Notes under the pieces: model-generated | The model's database searches: none | What the model was told of the DNA's origin: nothing | What the model saw: only the letters and a program-made list of their open reading frames with translations | Position numbers and translations under genes: made by a program | NCBI GenBank assembly: GCA_017467275.1 | Contig: JAFTSN010000028.1 | Location: forward strand, 45,608-109,607 | DNA length: 64,000 nucleotides | Direction of reading: 5' to 3' | DNA from: Clostridia bacterium | Lineage (GTDB): Bacteria; Bacillota; Clostridia; Christensenellales; Borkfalkiaceae | Shown here: in pieces, positions 1 to 9,343 of the stretch | How the letters are laid out: every line of letters begins with the position of its first letter | How positions within the stretch are numbered: position 1 is the stretch's first letter

Positions 1-1
1 G

Positions 2-796
2 ATCGTCGAAATGCACAAGGCAAACACGCTCAAGGAGAGCAATTATACATCCACGGCAAAAGATAACATTAAGATCGGTTACGTCGGCGCTTGGCCCTAT
101 GCGGAAGTTAAGTCGGGCTACACCTCTTACTATCTCGGCGTGAAGTCCGTTCTCGCGGAAGAGAACCTCGGCGTGACGATGGAGGTTCAGTTTACGAACA
201 GCTGGTACGACGAGGCGGCGGAGCGTTCTGCGGCGCAGAACCTCATTTCGAGAGGCGCGGCTCTTATTAGCCAGCACGCGGACTCCATGGGCGCTCCCTC
301 CGCTTGCGAAGCGGCTGGTGTTCCCAACGTTTCTTACAACGGTTCGACGGCAAGCGCTTGCCCTAACACCTATATCATTTCCTCCCGTATCAACTGGGTG
401 CCTTACTTCGAATACATGATCGATTGTACGATCAACGGCAAGGAGATCGACACCGACTGGTGCGGCGGTCTCGGTACGGGTTCGGAGTACACCGACGAGA
501 GCGGTGCGGTTGTTTTGACTGAGCTCGGCTCGGCTGCTGCGGCGGGTACGGCTGAAAAGCTCGTTGAGGTTCGCAACAAATTGAAGGCGGGCACCGTGAA
601 CGTATTCGATACGACCACCTTTACGGTTGGCGGCGTCATCCTTACGACCTACCTTGCGGACGTTAATACGGACTCTGCGTTCACGCCTGATACGGAATCG
701 ATCATTGACGGCGTCTTTGCGGAATCCAAGCATCGTTCGGCTCCTTACTTCGACGTCAATATCGACGGCATTGTCGATCTTACGAATGCGTCGTAA
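2..796 (+). CDS. BMP-family (PnrA/Med-like) ABC transporter substrate-binding protein, 5' end cut by window edge
   Basis: Frame is open from the window edge. Motifs IKIGYVGAWPYAEV and QFTNSWYDEAAERSAAQNLISRGAALISQHADS fit the BMP family. A matching ATPase and two permeases follow. Confidence 0.8.
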   Translation: MVEMHKANTLKESNYTSTAKDNIKIGYVGAWPYAEVKSGYTSYYLGVKSVLAEENLGVTMEVQFTNSWYDEAAERSAAQNLISRGAALISQHADSMGAPSACEAAGVPNVSYNGSTASACPNTYIISSRINWVPYFEYMIDCTINGKEIDTDWCGGLGTGSEYTDESGAVVLTELGSAAAAGTAEKLVEVRNKLKAGTVNVFDTTTFTVGGVILTTYLADVNTDSAFTPDTESIIDGVFAESKHRSAPYFDVNIDGIVDLTNAS

Positions 797-884
797 GGCT
801 CAACAAAATTAACTTGCGGATAGGCGGAGAGTTTCTCCGCCTTATCCTGTTTTTTAAGATAGTCATTTTCACGGAGGTTACGGC

Positions 885-2567
885 ATGCAGGAAACCGTAG
901 CATTGGAACTGAAGGGCGTTTCCAAATATTTCGGAAGCGTCGTTGCAAACAAAAACGTCGATCTGACCGTTCACAGCGGCGAGATCCTCGCGATTTTGGG
1001 CGAGAACGGAAGCGGAAAAACGACGCTTATGAATATGATCTCGGGAATCTACTTCCCCGACGAGGGGCAGATCTTCGTCGGCGGAGAGGAGGTCGTTATC
1101 CGTTCCCCGCAGGACGCGTTCCGCTATAAGATCGGTATGATCCATCAGCATTTTAAGCTTGTGGACGTTTTTACCGCCGCGCAGAATATTGTGCTCGGCG
1201 TTAAAGAAAGTGCCGATTATAAAGGAGCTTATCGTTCGGCGTTTGTGGACGAAAACGGGGAAAAGCTTACCCGATCGAAATGCAAATCCTTTTTCGTGGG
1301 GTTGAAAAACGTATTTACGAAGTGGAAAAAGAATCGCTATAAGCTGAAAAAAGTCAATGAAAAGGTGACGGCGATCGCGGTAAAATACGGCTTCCATATC
1401 GACCCGAAAAAGAAAATCTACGATATGTCCGTCTCGGAAAAGCAGACGGTCGAGATCGTCAAGGTCTTATATCGCGGCGCGGATATCCTTATTCTGGACG
1501 AGCCTACCGCCGTTCTGACTCCGCAGGAGACCCAGCGTTTATTCGACGTTCTTCGCCGTATGCGCGAGGACGGGAAGTCGATCATTATTATCACGCATAA
1601 GCTCCACGAGGTGCTCTCTCTTTCCGATCGCGTGGCGGTTTTGAGAAAGGGCGAATATGTCGGCACGGTCGAGACGAAAGAGACGGACGAAGCCGAGCTG
1701 ACTGAAATGATGGTCGGTAAAAAGGTCACGCTCAATATCGAGCGTAGCGAACCGAAAGACGTCTGCGATCGGTTGATTGTGGATAAATTAAATTGCAAAA
1801 ACCGCGAGGGAGTGAAGGTGCTTGATAACGTCTCCTTTACCGCTCGTGCAGGAGAAATCCTCGGTATCGCAGGGATCGCGGGAAGCGGACAGAGAGAGCT
1901 TTTGGAGGCGATCGCGGGGCTTCAGGATCTCGAAGAAGGGGAAATCACTTATATTGACCCGAAGAGCGAGGAGAGAGTCAATCTCCGTCATAAAACGCCG
2001 CTTCAGATCCGCGAGCTCGGCGTGCGGCTTTCGTTTGTGCCCGAGGATCGATTGGGCATGGGGCTCGTCGGAAACATGGACATTATCGACAATATGATGC
2101 TCCGAAGCTATCAAAAAGGAAGGTCCATGTTTGTTGATAGAAAGCAGCCCGAGAAGCTTGCGGAGACGATCATTGCCGATCTCGAGGTCGTGACGCCGAA
2201 CACGCACACCCCCGTCCGCCGTCTTTCGGGCGGTAACGTGCAAAAGGTTTTGGTCGGGCGAGAGATCTCGTCTGCGCCCAAGGTTTTGATGGCGGCGTAT
2301 CCCGTCCGCGGGCTCGACATCAACTCCTCTTACACGATCTATAATCTTTTGAACAGGCAGAAAGAGAACGGGACGGCGGTTATTTTCGTCGGCGAGGATC
2401 TCGACGTTTTGATCGAGCTTTGCGATCGGATCATGGTTATCGGTTCGGGGCGGATCACGGGCATTGTCGACGGCAGAACGGCAAAGAAAGAGGAGATCGG
2501 CTTGCTGATGACAAAGACGGAGGAAACAGAAGAAAATCTCGAGGAAAAGGAGGAGGCTCATGAATAA
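885..2567 (+). CDS. ABC transporter ATP-binding protein with duplicated NBDs (BMP/nucleoside-sugar type)
   Basis: Two Walker A sites (GENGSGKTT, GIAGSGQRE), signature-like MSVSEKQTVE and LSGGNVQKV, and Walker B ILILDEPT. Its end overlaps the next gene by 8 nt. Confidence 0.9.
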   Translation: MQETVALELKGVSKYFGSVVANKNVDLTVHSGEILAILGENGSGKTTLMNMISGIYFPDEGQIFVGGEEVVIRSPQDAFRYKIGMIHQHFKLVDVFTAAQNIVLGVKESADYKGAYRSAFVDENGEKLTRSKCKSFFVGLKNVFTKWKKNRYKLKKVNEKVTAIAVKYGFHIDPKKKIYDMSVSEKQTVEIVKVLYRGADILILDEPTAVLTPQETQRLFDVLRRMREDGKSIIIITHKLHEVLSLSDRVAVLRKGEYVGTVETKETDEAELTEMMVGKKVTLNIERSEPKDVCDRLIVDKLNCKNREGVKVLDNVSFTARAGEILGIAGIAGSGQRELLEAIAGLQDLEEGEITYIDPKSEERVNLRHKTPLQIRELGVRLSFVPEDRLGMGLVGNMDIIDNMMLRSYQKGRSMFVDRKQPEKLAETIIADLEVVTPNTHTPVRRLSGGNVQKVLVGREISSAPKVLMAAYPVRGLDINSSYTIYNLLNRQKENGTAVIFVGEDLDVLIELCDRIMVIGSGRITGIVDGRTAKKEEIGLLMTKTEETEENLEEKEEAHE

Positions 2568-3759
2568 TTCCGAGAGAGAGAAAACGGTACGCGAGCCGCT
2601 TTTCCATATTGAAAAGAGAGGGGATATCTCCCGAAAGAAAGGGCTTTTGATTCGCGGAATCGCTATTTTGGCGGCGCTGATTGTGAGCGGCGTTTTCAGT
2701 GCGATTCTTTTAAAGGGCAATCCTTTCGTGTTCTATGAAAAAATTATTGACGGCGCCGTCGGGACGGAGCGCAGAATCTGGAATTTGTTGCGCGAAACGG
2801 CGCTTTTGTTGGGCGTTGCGCTCGCCATCGTGCCTGCGTTTAAAATGAAGTTCTGGAATTTGGGTGGAAACGGGCAGGTACTCGTTGGGTGTCTTGCCAC
2901 GACTGCCTGTATGTTCTATTTTGGCGGGAAAGTGCCCTTGGGGCTGTTGATTGTATTTATGATGCTTGCAGGTGTGATCGCGGGGGCGATCTGGGCGTTA
3001 ATTCCCGCAATCTTCAAGGCGCAATGGAAAACCAACGAGTCTCTGTTCACGCTGATGATGAACTATATTGCGGAGGGGCTTGTGGCATTCTTCTTGACGA
3101 TCTGGGTCAAGACGGGTTCGGGCGTACTTAATCCTATGAGGGACTATAAGGTGCCCGAGGTGATCAATTCCTCGTTTATTCCCATTATCGTGATTGTGCT
3201 TTTGACCGCGGCGATGTATATTTACCTTAAGTACAGCAAGCAGGGCTATGAGATTTCCGTTGTGGGCGAAAGTGAAAATACGGCGCGGTACGTGGGTATC
3301 AACGTAAAAAAAGTCGTCATTCGAACGCTGATTATTTCGGGTGCGATTTGCGGCTTGGTTGGGTTTTTGCTTTCGGGTGCTATTCATGGTACGGTGAGTA
3401 AGGCAACGCACGGCGGTATGGGATTTACGGCGATCATGGTTGCTTGGCTTGCGAAATTCAATCCGCTGATTATGGCGGGAACGTCGTTCTTTGTCGTATT
3501 TTTGGAGCGCGGCGTTGCGGAAGCAAGTAGCTATTTCGGCGTTACCAACACGGCGTTCCCCGATATCGTGACGAGTATTATCTTCTTCTTTATTATCGGT
3601 TGTGAATTCTTTATTCAATATCGCTTGAGATTCCGCGCGAAGAAAAAGAGCGGGATCGCGGCTGAAAAGACCGTAGTCAAAGCGGAGAAAAAGGATAGTG
3701 TGGAGGTGAGCGAGGAGAGCGACGACTCGGCGAAAGCGAAAAAGGAGGATAAAGCATAA
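2560..3759 (+). CDS. ABC transporter permease (BMP-type), with charged C-terminal tail
   Basis: Polytopic hydrophobic ORF with start ATG overlapping the upstream stop. Order SBP-ATPase-permease-permease is typical. Confidence 0.85.
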   Translation: MNNSEREKTVREPLFHIEKRGDISRKKGLLIRGIAILAALIVSGVFSAILLKGNPFVFYEKIIDGAVGTERRIWNLLRETALLLGVALAIVPAFKMKFWNLGGNGQVLVGCLATTACMFYFGGKVPLGLLIVFMMLAGVIAGAIWALIPAIFKAQWKTNESLFTLMMNYIAEGLVAFFLTIWVKTGSGVLNPMRDYKVPEVINSSFIPIIVIVLLTAAMYIYLKYSKQGYEISVVGESENTARYVGINVKKVVIRTLIISGAICGLVGFLLSGAIHGTVSKATHGGMGFTAIMVAWLAKFNPLIMAGTSFFVVFLERGVAEASSYFGVTNTAFPDIVTSIIFFFIIGCEFFIQYRLRFRAKKKSGIAAEKTVVKAEKKDSVEVSEESDDSAKAKKEDKA

Positions 3760-4715
3760 TGGTATTTATTATCGGCGCAATCAGTATCGGTATTACCTTT
3801 CTTTACGGCTGTATCGGCGAAATCCTCACGGAAAAATCGGGGCATCTCAATCTCGGGATTCCAGGGATTATGACTTTCGGTGCGGCGGGCGGCTGTGTGG
3901 GCGTTTCTCTGTATATGGGAGGCCTTTCCGACCCGAATAACGCGAGTTGGTTCTTCTTAATCTTGTTTTCCATTCTTACTGCGGCTCTGTTTGCGGCGGC
4001 GCTTGGCGCGATTTATAGTTTTTTAACGGTTTCCCTGCGTGCGAATCAGAATATCACGGGGCTTGCGATCACGACGTTTGGCGTCGGGCTTTCCATGTTC
4101 CTTATGGAAAGTACGGTGGATAAGACGTATTTTGCAAAGGCAAGCACCTATTTCGTGAAGTCTTTGCCGTTTGCCGAAAAGCTTGGCTGGTTTGGCGAAT
4201 TATTCCTGTCGCACGGGGTATTGGTGTATCTTGCGATCACGCTTGCGCTTTTGATGGCTTGGGTACTTAATAAGACCCGCGTCGGGTTGCATCTTCGCGC
4301 GGTCGGCGAGAATCCCGCGACTGCGGACGCGGCGGGTATTAACGTTACGGTTTATAAATACGTTGCAACCTGCACGGGCAGTGCGATTGCGGGCGTGGGC
4401 GGATTATTCTACGTCATGGATTATCTCAACGGCAGTTGGGAGTACGGTATCGAGGCGATGGGCTGGTTAGCGATCGCGCTCGTTATCTTCACGATGTGGC
4501 GCCCCAATTTGAGTATTCTCGGCTCGTTCCTTTTCGGAGGATTGTATATCGCGGCAGAGTTTATCGTGGGTGCGTCGTCCAGCCAGAAAGAGCTTTTAAA
4601 GCTTTTGCCCTACGTTGTGACGATCGTCGTACTCATTATCACGAGCGTTCTCGACAGTAAGGAAAATCAGCCGCCTGCGGCGCTTGGACTTTCTTATTTC
4701 CGCGAGGAAAGATAA
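3759..4715 (+). CDS. ABC transporter permease (BMP-type)
   Basis: Polytopic hydrophobic ORF whose ATG overlaps the stop of the previous permease (ATAATG). Confidence 0.85.
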   Translation: MVFIIGAISIGITFLYGCIGEILTEKSGHLNLGIPGIMTFGAAGGCVGVSLYMGGLSDPNNASWFFLILFSILTAALFAAALGAIYSFLTVSLRANQNITGLAITTFGVGLSMFLMESTVDKTYFAKASTYFVKSLPFAEKLGWFGELFLSHGVLVYLAITLALLMAWVLNKTRVGLHLRAVGENPATADAAGINVTVYKYVATCTGSAIAGVGGLFYVMDYLNGSWEYGIEAMGWLAIALVIFTMWRPNLSILGSFLFGGLYIAAEFIVGASSSQKELLKLLPYVVTIVVLIITSVLDSKENQPPAALGLSYFREER

Positions 4716-4760
4716 TAAAAATACAGCAAAATTAGCGTTTTTTTAATCAAATATTCAAAA

Positions 4761-4795
4761 CGGCTTGCGCCTTTTCGGGCGTGAGCCGTTTTTTC
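4761..4795 (+). terminator. Intrinsic terminator after the ABC operon
   Basis: Stem cggcttgcgcc / gggcgtgagccg followed by a T-run at 4789-4795. Confidence 0.6.
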
Positions 4796-4885
4796 CTTTA
4801 ATATGCAAAATCTCCCCCTTTCGTCCATTTTTCGCGCGGGGAAAACATTTATAATGGATTTAACGATTCACACAGAGGGCGGCGA

Positions 4886-5779
4886 ATGGAAGTCTATATT
4901 GAGATTGCGTTTCTCGAAAATTTCCTCATAGACGGTATGCTCTTGACGTTATCCTTAAAAGCGGCGCGGCGAAAGACGAGCGTTTTACGGATAATTCTCG
5001 CCTCTGCGCTTGGGGCGGTGTTTGCAATTATCTTTCCGCTTTTAAGCCTTGGAAAAACGGCGGCTCTTGCCTTGAAATTTCCCGTCGGCGCCCTGCTTTG
5101 CTTTGTGGCGATTGGTGAAAAAGGGGCGGGCAGGTATGCGTTGAGTGTGGTTTTCTTCTATGCGCTTTCGTTTGCGCTCGGGGGGATGCTGCTTGCGATT
5201 TTCGGTGCGTTCTCCTTGCCGTACGAAGCTGCGCAAAGCGGGTATTTAATCGCTTCTGCTCCTGTCGGCGGTATGATTGCAGGTTGCTTTTTTTTCGCGC
5301 TTTTTGCGCTGTGGTTTATTAAGCGTCTTCATGCCCGCCGTCGGATTATGCGCTTTATTTATCCCTGCCGTGTGGTATGCGGCGAGCGTGAGATTGCGGC
5401 GGACGGATTTTTGGATAGCGGGAACAGAGCCGCCGTCGCAGAGGAGGAAACGCTGTTTGGCGCGCTGAAAAGCAGACCGTTGAATTTTATTTCGCCCGAG
5501 CTTGCATTCGAGCTGTTGGGGGAGGCGGCAATGACGGCGGAAACGACGGTCCAAACGGTGAGCGGCAGAAAAAAAATAAAAATTTTCCGCGCGGACAAAT
5601 TGGAGATATATTGCGGGGCAAAGCCGAATATAATAGAAAACGTATATTTTGCGCCCACGCCGCATATCCGTGCGCGGGAGTATAAGATTCTTTTAAACGT
5701 GCGTTGCTTCGACATGGCGGAGGAGACGGACGGGAGTGCGGAAAGCAGACAAAAAGGGAAAACGGGAGGTGAAGAATGA
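4886..5779 (+). CDS. spoIIGA: Sigma-E processing peptidase SpoIIGA
   Basis: N-terminal multi-TM domain ([17 protein letters not shown]...) and aspartic protease motif FLDSGN. It sits directly upstream of sigE and overlaps it (ATGA). Confidence 0.9.
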   Translation: MEVYIEIAFLENFLIDGMLLTLSLKAARRKTSVLRIILASALGAVFAIIFPLLSLGKTAALALKFPVGALLCFVAIGEKGAGRYALSVVFFYALSFALGGMLLAIFGAFSLPYEAAQSGYLIASAPVGGMIAGCFFFALFALWFIKRLHARRRIMRFIYPCRVVCGEREIAADGFLDSGNRAAVAEEETLFGALKSRPLNFISPELAFELLGEAAMTAETTVQTVSGRKKIKIFRADKLEIYCGAKPNIIENVYFAPTPHIRAREYKILLNVRCFDMAEETDGSAESRQKGKTGGEE

Positions 5780-6483
5780 AGCTTCGGGAGGTGCTTAAAA
5801 GCTTTTTACGAAAGATCAATGCGGAGGAGATGGTGGATTATATTTGCGGAACGGAGGCATTGCCGTTACCGTTGAGTGCGGAGGAGGAGAGCCGAATGTT
5901 GGCGGCGCTCGAAAACGGCGACGAGCCTGATAAAGTGAAAGCCGAGCTGATTCAGCACAATCTCCGACTCGTCGTTTATATCGCGCGGAAATTCGATAAT
6001 ACGGGCGTGGACGCGGACGATCTCGTTTCCGTCGGTACGATCGGGCTCATAAAGGCGATCAATTCCTTTCGAGTGGAGAAAAAAATCAAGCTTGCGACCT
6101 ATGCCTCGCGGTGTATCGAAAACGAGATACTCATGTATTTGCGGCGCACAGTGCGGCTTAAAAGCGAGGTCTCGTTCGACGAGCCGCTCAACACCGATTT
6201 TGAGGGGAACGAGCTCTTGCTTTCGGATATTCTGGGTACGTCCGCAGAGAGCGTGTATGGCGGCGTGGAAGCAAATGCGGAAAAGGAGCTTTTGAAGGAC
6301 GCGCTTAAAAAGCTTTCTGAGCGAGAGCGCAAGATTATGTTTTTGCGATTCGGTTTGAACGGCGGGGAGGAGATGACACAAAAGGACGTTGCCGATCTTT
6401 TGGGGATTTCGCAAAGCTATATTTCCCGTCTGGAAAAAAAGATTATCGAGAGGCTGAAAAAAGAAATTTCTAAGCTTGTTTAA
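5776..6483 (+). CDS. sigE: Sporulation sigma factor SigE (pro-sigma-E)
   Basis: Pro-sequence with [12 protein letters not shown], region 2 [17 protein letters not shown], and region 4 [21 protein letters not shown]. Context is spoIIGA-sigE-sigG. Confidence 0.92.
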   Translation: MKLREVLKSFLRKINAEEMVDYICGTEALPLPLSAEEESRMLAALENGDEPDKVKAELIQHNLRLVVYIARKFDNTGVDADDLVSVGTIGLIKAINSFRVEKKIKLATYASRCIENEILMYLRRTVRLKSEVSFDEPLNTDFEGNELLLSDILGTSAESVYGGVEANAEKELLKDALKKLSERERKIMFLRFGLNGGEEMTQKDVADLLGISQSYISRLEKKIIERLKKEISKLV

Positions 6484-6557
6484 AAATTCAAAAATAGCGC
6501 ATACTGCTTAAAAATCCATCCTACTTTGAGGCTTTTTACATAAAGGAGGATTGGAAA

Positions 6558-7328
6558 ATGTTGCAGAAAGTGGAAATTTGCGGCGTGGATACGTCGGGGC
6601 TCCCTAAACTGACCGCCAAGGAAAACGAGGAGCTTATGAAAAAGCTCAAAACGGGCGATAAGCTCGCGCGCGAGAAATTTATCGTGGGGAATATGCGGCT
6701 TGTGTTATCGCTTGTTAAGCGGTTTTGGGCGAAAAATGCAAACGCCGACGACGTGTTTCAAGCGGGGTGTGTGGGGCTCATTAAGGCGATCGATAATTTT
6801 GACTTGAGCGTGGGCGTGAAGTTCTCCACCTATGCTGTGCCTATGATTGTGGGTGAAATTAAAAGGTATCTTCGCGACGGCAATTCTTTGCGCGTTTCCC
6901 GCTCTATTCGCGACACGGCGTATCGGGTGCTGAAAGTGCGTGAGGCGATCGAGGAACGGGACGAGGAAGCCACAATCGAGAGGATTGCCGAGGAAATGCA
7001 AGTCGCGGTCAGCGAGGTCGTGTATGCGCTCGACGCCATTTCCGATCCCGTTTCCCTTTACGATCCCGTGTATAACAAGGCAGGGGACACGCTGTTGTTA
7101 ATGGACCAGCTTTGCGATGAGAAGAATACCGACGAGATCTGGACGGAGCGCGTTGCCTTGTCGGAGGCAATGGAAAAATTGAGCGATCGGGAAAAGCGGA
7201 TTTTGTTTTTGCGATACTTTGAGGGCAAAACGCAGACGGAAATTTCGGGTGAGGTGGGGATTTCTCAAGCACAAGTGTCGCGCCTTGAAAAGAACGCGCT
7301 CAATAATATCAGAATGAATATATCGTGA
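6558..7328 (+). CDS. sigG: Sporulation sigma factor SigG
   Basis: Motifs FSTYAVPMIVGEIKRYLRD and ISQAQVSRLEK, an AAGGAGG RBS, and position directly after sigE. Confidence 0.9.
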   Translation: MLQKVEICGVDTSGLPKLTAKENEELMKKLKTGDKLAREKFIVGNMRLVLSLVKRFWAKNANADDVFQAGCVGLIKAIDNFDLSVGVKFSTYAVPMIVGEIKRYLRDGNSLRVSRSIRDTAYRVLKVREAIEERDEEATIERIAEEMQVAVSEVVYALDAISDPVSLYDPVYNKAGDTLLLMDQLCDEKNTDEIWTERVALSEAMEKLSDREKRILFLRYFEGKTQTEISGEVGISQAQVSRLEKNALNNIRMNIS

Positions 7329-7335
7329 AAGAAGC

Positions 7336-7367
7336 AACGGCTTGGCAATAGTGCCAAGCCGTTTTTT
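7336..7367. terminator. Bidirectional terminator between convergent sigG and the XRE gene
   Basis: Stem aacggcttggca / tgccaagccgtt followed by a T-run. Confidence 0.7.
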
Positions 7368-7566
7368 AACGTCTGTCGAATAACTCGTCTAAACTCACGT
7401 CGTAAAAGTCCGCTAGCTTTATCAGCGTCTCGTAGTCGGGGCGCGCCGCGCCCGTTTCATAACGCGTGTAGTTTACCCGTCCGATCCCCAATTTCTCCGC
7501 AAGCTCTTGCTGCGTCAGATTTTCACTTTGACGCAATTCTTTGAGTTTTTTTCCGATTTCAATCAA
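7366..7566 (-). CDS. XRE-family helix-turn-helix transcriptional regulator (about 66 aa)
   Basis: HTH LTQQELAEKLGIGRVNYTRYETG. I place the start at TTG 7566, 6 nt after AAGAGGTGG. The ORF-track extension to 7704 translates AT-rich promoter DNA. Confidence 0.75.
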   Translation of the reverse strand: MIEIGKKLKELRQSENLTQQELAEKLGIGRVNYTRYETGAARPDYETLIKLADFYDVSLDELFDRR

Positions 7567-7584
7567 TTTTCCCACCTCTTTCAC

Positions 7585-7640
7585 TTGACATTGTACATAT
7601 TTTGTACTATAATTATAAAAAATGTACGAAATATGTACAA
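7585..7640. promoter_or_regulatory. Two overlapping face-to-face sigma-A-type promoters with two 15-bp palindromic operators
   Basis: Plus strand has TTGACA (7585-7590), a 17-nt spacer and TATAAT (7608-7613). Minus strand has TTGTAC (7640-7635), a 17-nt spacer and TATAAT (7617-7612). Palindromes GTACAtatttTGTAC (7593-7607) and GTACGaaataTGTAC (7624-7638) lie in the spacers. Confidence 0.65.
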
Positions 7641-7708
7641 TTTTGGCGAAAAAGTGGGCGCTGTTAAAAATTAACAAAAATTTTTTTAAAAAATTTTTTT
7701 TCACAGGA

Positions 7709-7737
7709 TTGACTTTTTTGTTTTCAGAAAATATAAT
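7709..7737 (+). promoter_or_regulatory. Second consensus-like promoter reading toward the small lipoprotein gene
   Basis: TTGACT (7709-7714), a 17-nt spacer and TATAAT (7732-7737). Confidence 0.55.
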
Positions 7738-7907
7738 ATATAAGAAAATTTTACCGAAAGAGTAGGGGGAGGTGAAAGGATCGGAACGGGGGAGGTCCCG
7801 TCCGTAAAAAAAGAAAAAATTTTTTTATTTTTTCCAACCGTTTGGATAATAAACTTGTCTTAATGATAAAGACGCGTTCAAGTGTTTTGGAAAAGAAGGA
7901 GTACGAA

Positions 7908-8081
7908 ATGAAAAAAATATTGTTGAAAACGGCGGCGTTGCTGCTGTTCGCTTCGTTGGCTTTGGTGGGACTTTGCTCGTGTGCCGCCGAGGAGAAAGCG
8001 GGTACGGGCAATTCGGTGACGATTCCTGCAATCAGCGATCAGATACAGGACAAATTTAAGTCCGATTTCGGCGGATTTTAA
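7908..8081 (+). CDS. Small putative lipoprotein (57 aa)
   Basis: AAGGAG RBS 7 nt before ATG 7908. Signal peptide MKKILLKTAALLLFASLALVGLCSC has a Cys-containing lipobox-like end. A terminator follows. Confidence 0.55.
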   Translation: MKKILLKTAALLLFASLALVGLCSCAAEEKAGTGNSVTIPAISDQIQDKFKSDFGGF

Positions 8082-8104
8082 TATAGAATAGGCAGGACGG
8101 CAAG

Positions 8105-8152
8105 CCGCCCGCTACGTTCCGTTTTTCGTGGAGCGCGGCGGGCGGGTTTTTA
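8105..8152 (+). terminator. Intrinsic terminator
   Basis: Stem ccgcccgc (8105-8112) / gcgggcgg (8138-8145) followed by TTTTT. Confidence 0.55.
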
Positions 8153-8227
8153 TTTTAGGAAGCACCTTTGCTTCGTTTGCTTGCATATAATATACAAGCA
8201 AGATAAAATCGGACGGAGGCGCAAATT

Positions 8228-8569
8228 ATGGAAATGAGCTATACCTACCTTCGTACCAAAGAGGTCGTGAACGTCGTGGACGGCAGAAAGCTGGGAAAGA
8301 TCTGCGACATTGTGTTCTGTTACCCCGAGAATAAGGTGCTGGGGTTGGTCGTTCCCGGGGGCGTGGGGATATTTTGGCGTAAGCGGGAGCAGTTTATCGA
8401 GATGCGGGATATCGTCAAGATCGGTGACGACGTGATTCTCGTCAACGTGCGCTGTCAGCCTAAATCGGGCGGGAAGAAATCCCGCTGTGAGTCCGATTGC
8501 CCGCCGACGGGGCGTCCGTATACCCCCGAACCGCCCCCGCCGCATCGGAATTTCGACGACTACGAATAA
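8228..8569 (+). CDS. ylmC: YlmC/YmxH-family sporulation protein (PRC-barrel) with Pro-rich C-terminal extension
   Basis: N-terminus LRTKEVVNVVDGRKLGKICDIVFCYPENKVLGLVVPGG is typical of YlmC/YmxH. A GGAGG RBS lies upstream. Confidence 0.8.
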   Translation: MEMSYTYLRTKEVVNVVDGRKLGKICDIVFCYPENKVLGLVVPGGVGIFWRKREQFIEMRDIVKIGDDVILVNVRCQPKSGGKKSRCESDCPPTGRPYTPEPPPPHRNFDDYE

Positions 8570-8582
8570 AGGCGGGCGGAGT

Positions 8583-9329
8583 TTATATCCGATCGGACTG
8601 CTTTTCGGGCATAAACGCCCAATAGCGTACGGGCATGTAATTTTTCATTTGTCGCGTATTTTTGCGCTCGGGGATAGCGACCGTGCGGTAATATTCTGTC
8701 CACAGGGTTAAAAAGCCGTCCTCCCGTGCGGAGAAGACGACGTCCGCTCTTTTTGCGGGGGCGAGGAGCCAACTCTTTCCGTCGCTTACGCCCGCGATTT
8801 CCCGCTTGACGTCGTGAATGACGAACGGGGTGTTTTTAAACCGCGCGCAAAAGTGGGGCATTAAGAGATCGATGAGCTCGTTATCGGGCGTACAGGCGGC
8901 GTAATAGATCCCGCTTGACGTTTCGTGGAAGCGCAAAAAGCCTGTGAGGCGATGTCGCTCCGTTCCCACGCGCGCGGAAAGATCCACGGCGCGGCGAATC
9001 TCGGGGAATGCGAGCATTCCCCGAACGGGCGCGTTCTTTTCTATTAAACGACGGATATACAAAAACGCCGTCTGCTCTTTATCGGGCTCGGGCGTACGCA
9101 AAATACAGTCGAGCTCGTAAAGACAATTTTTATCTATGGCGCGGAGTTTTTTTACAACCCGCGCCGCCTTTTTTTCGTCGGGATAAACGGATATAAATTC
9201 GTCTCCAAACGCCGATTGGAACGCCGTTGACGTGATCGCCGCGGATTGCTCGCATTTGTCGGCATACGCGGAAAAGACCGCTGTGAAAAAAGCGCAGGGG
9301 GTTTGGTCTATCTGATAAATTCTACGCAT
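8583..9329 (-). CDS. TIGR03915-family putative DNA metabolism/repair protein
   Basis: Motifs ERHRLTGFLRFHETSSGIYYAACTPDNELIDLLMPHFCARF fit this family as I recall it. It lies immediately downstream of its usual radical-SAM partner. Confidence 0.75.
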   Translation of the reverse strand: MRRIYQIDQTPCAFFTAVFSAYADKCEQSAAITSTAFQSAFGDEFISVYPDEKKAARVVKKLRAIDKNCLYELDCILRTPEPDKEQTAFLYIRRLIEKNAPVRGMLAFPEIRRAVDLSARVGTERHRLTGFLRFHETSSGIYYAACTPDNELIDLLMPHFCARFKNTPFVIHDVKREIAGVSDGKSWLLAPAKRADVVFSAREDGFLTLWTEYYRTVAIPERKNTRQMKNYMPVRYWAFMPEKQSDRI

Positions 9330-9343
9330 GATCGGGCTCCTTT

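Noticed and set aside
4796-4885. Spo0A boxes or an unusual-spacing promoter upstream of spoIIGA
   Set aside because: A TATAAT lies at 4850-4855. The best 0A-box-like string (TTCGTCC) has two mismatches to TTCGACA, which is not distinguishable from chance by eye.
6484-6557. Possible sigma-F/sigma-G promoter for sigG (GCATA at 6499-6503, CATCCTA at 6517-6523)
   Set aside because: The spacer is only 13 nt, against the ~17-18 nt I expect for GHATR/CATXHTA-type promoters, so I cannot support the call.
7567-7704. N-terminal 46 codons of the ORF-track version of the XRE gene
   Set aside because: This stretch translates AT-rich promoter/operator DNA (MKKNFLKKFLLIFNSAHFF...). A strong SD (AAGAGGTGG) sits just before the internal TTG at 7566, and the HTH domain is complete from there.
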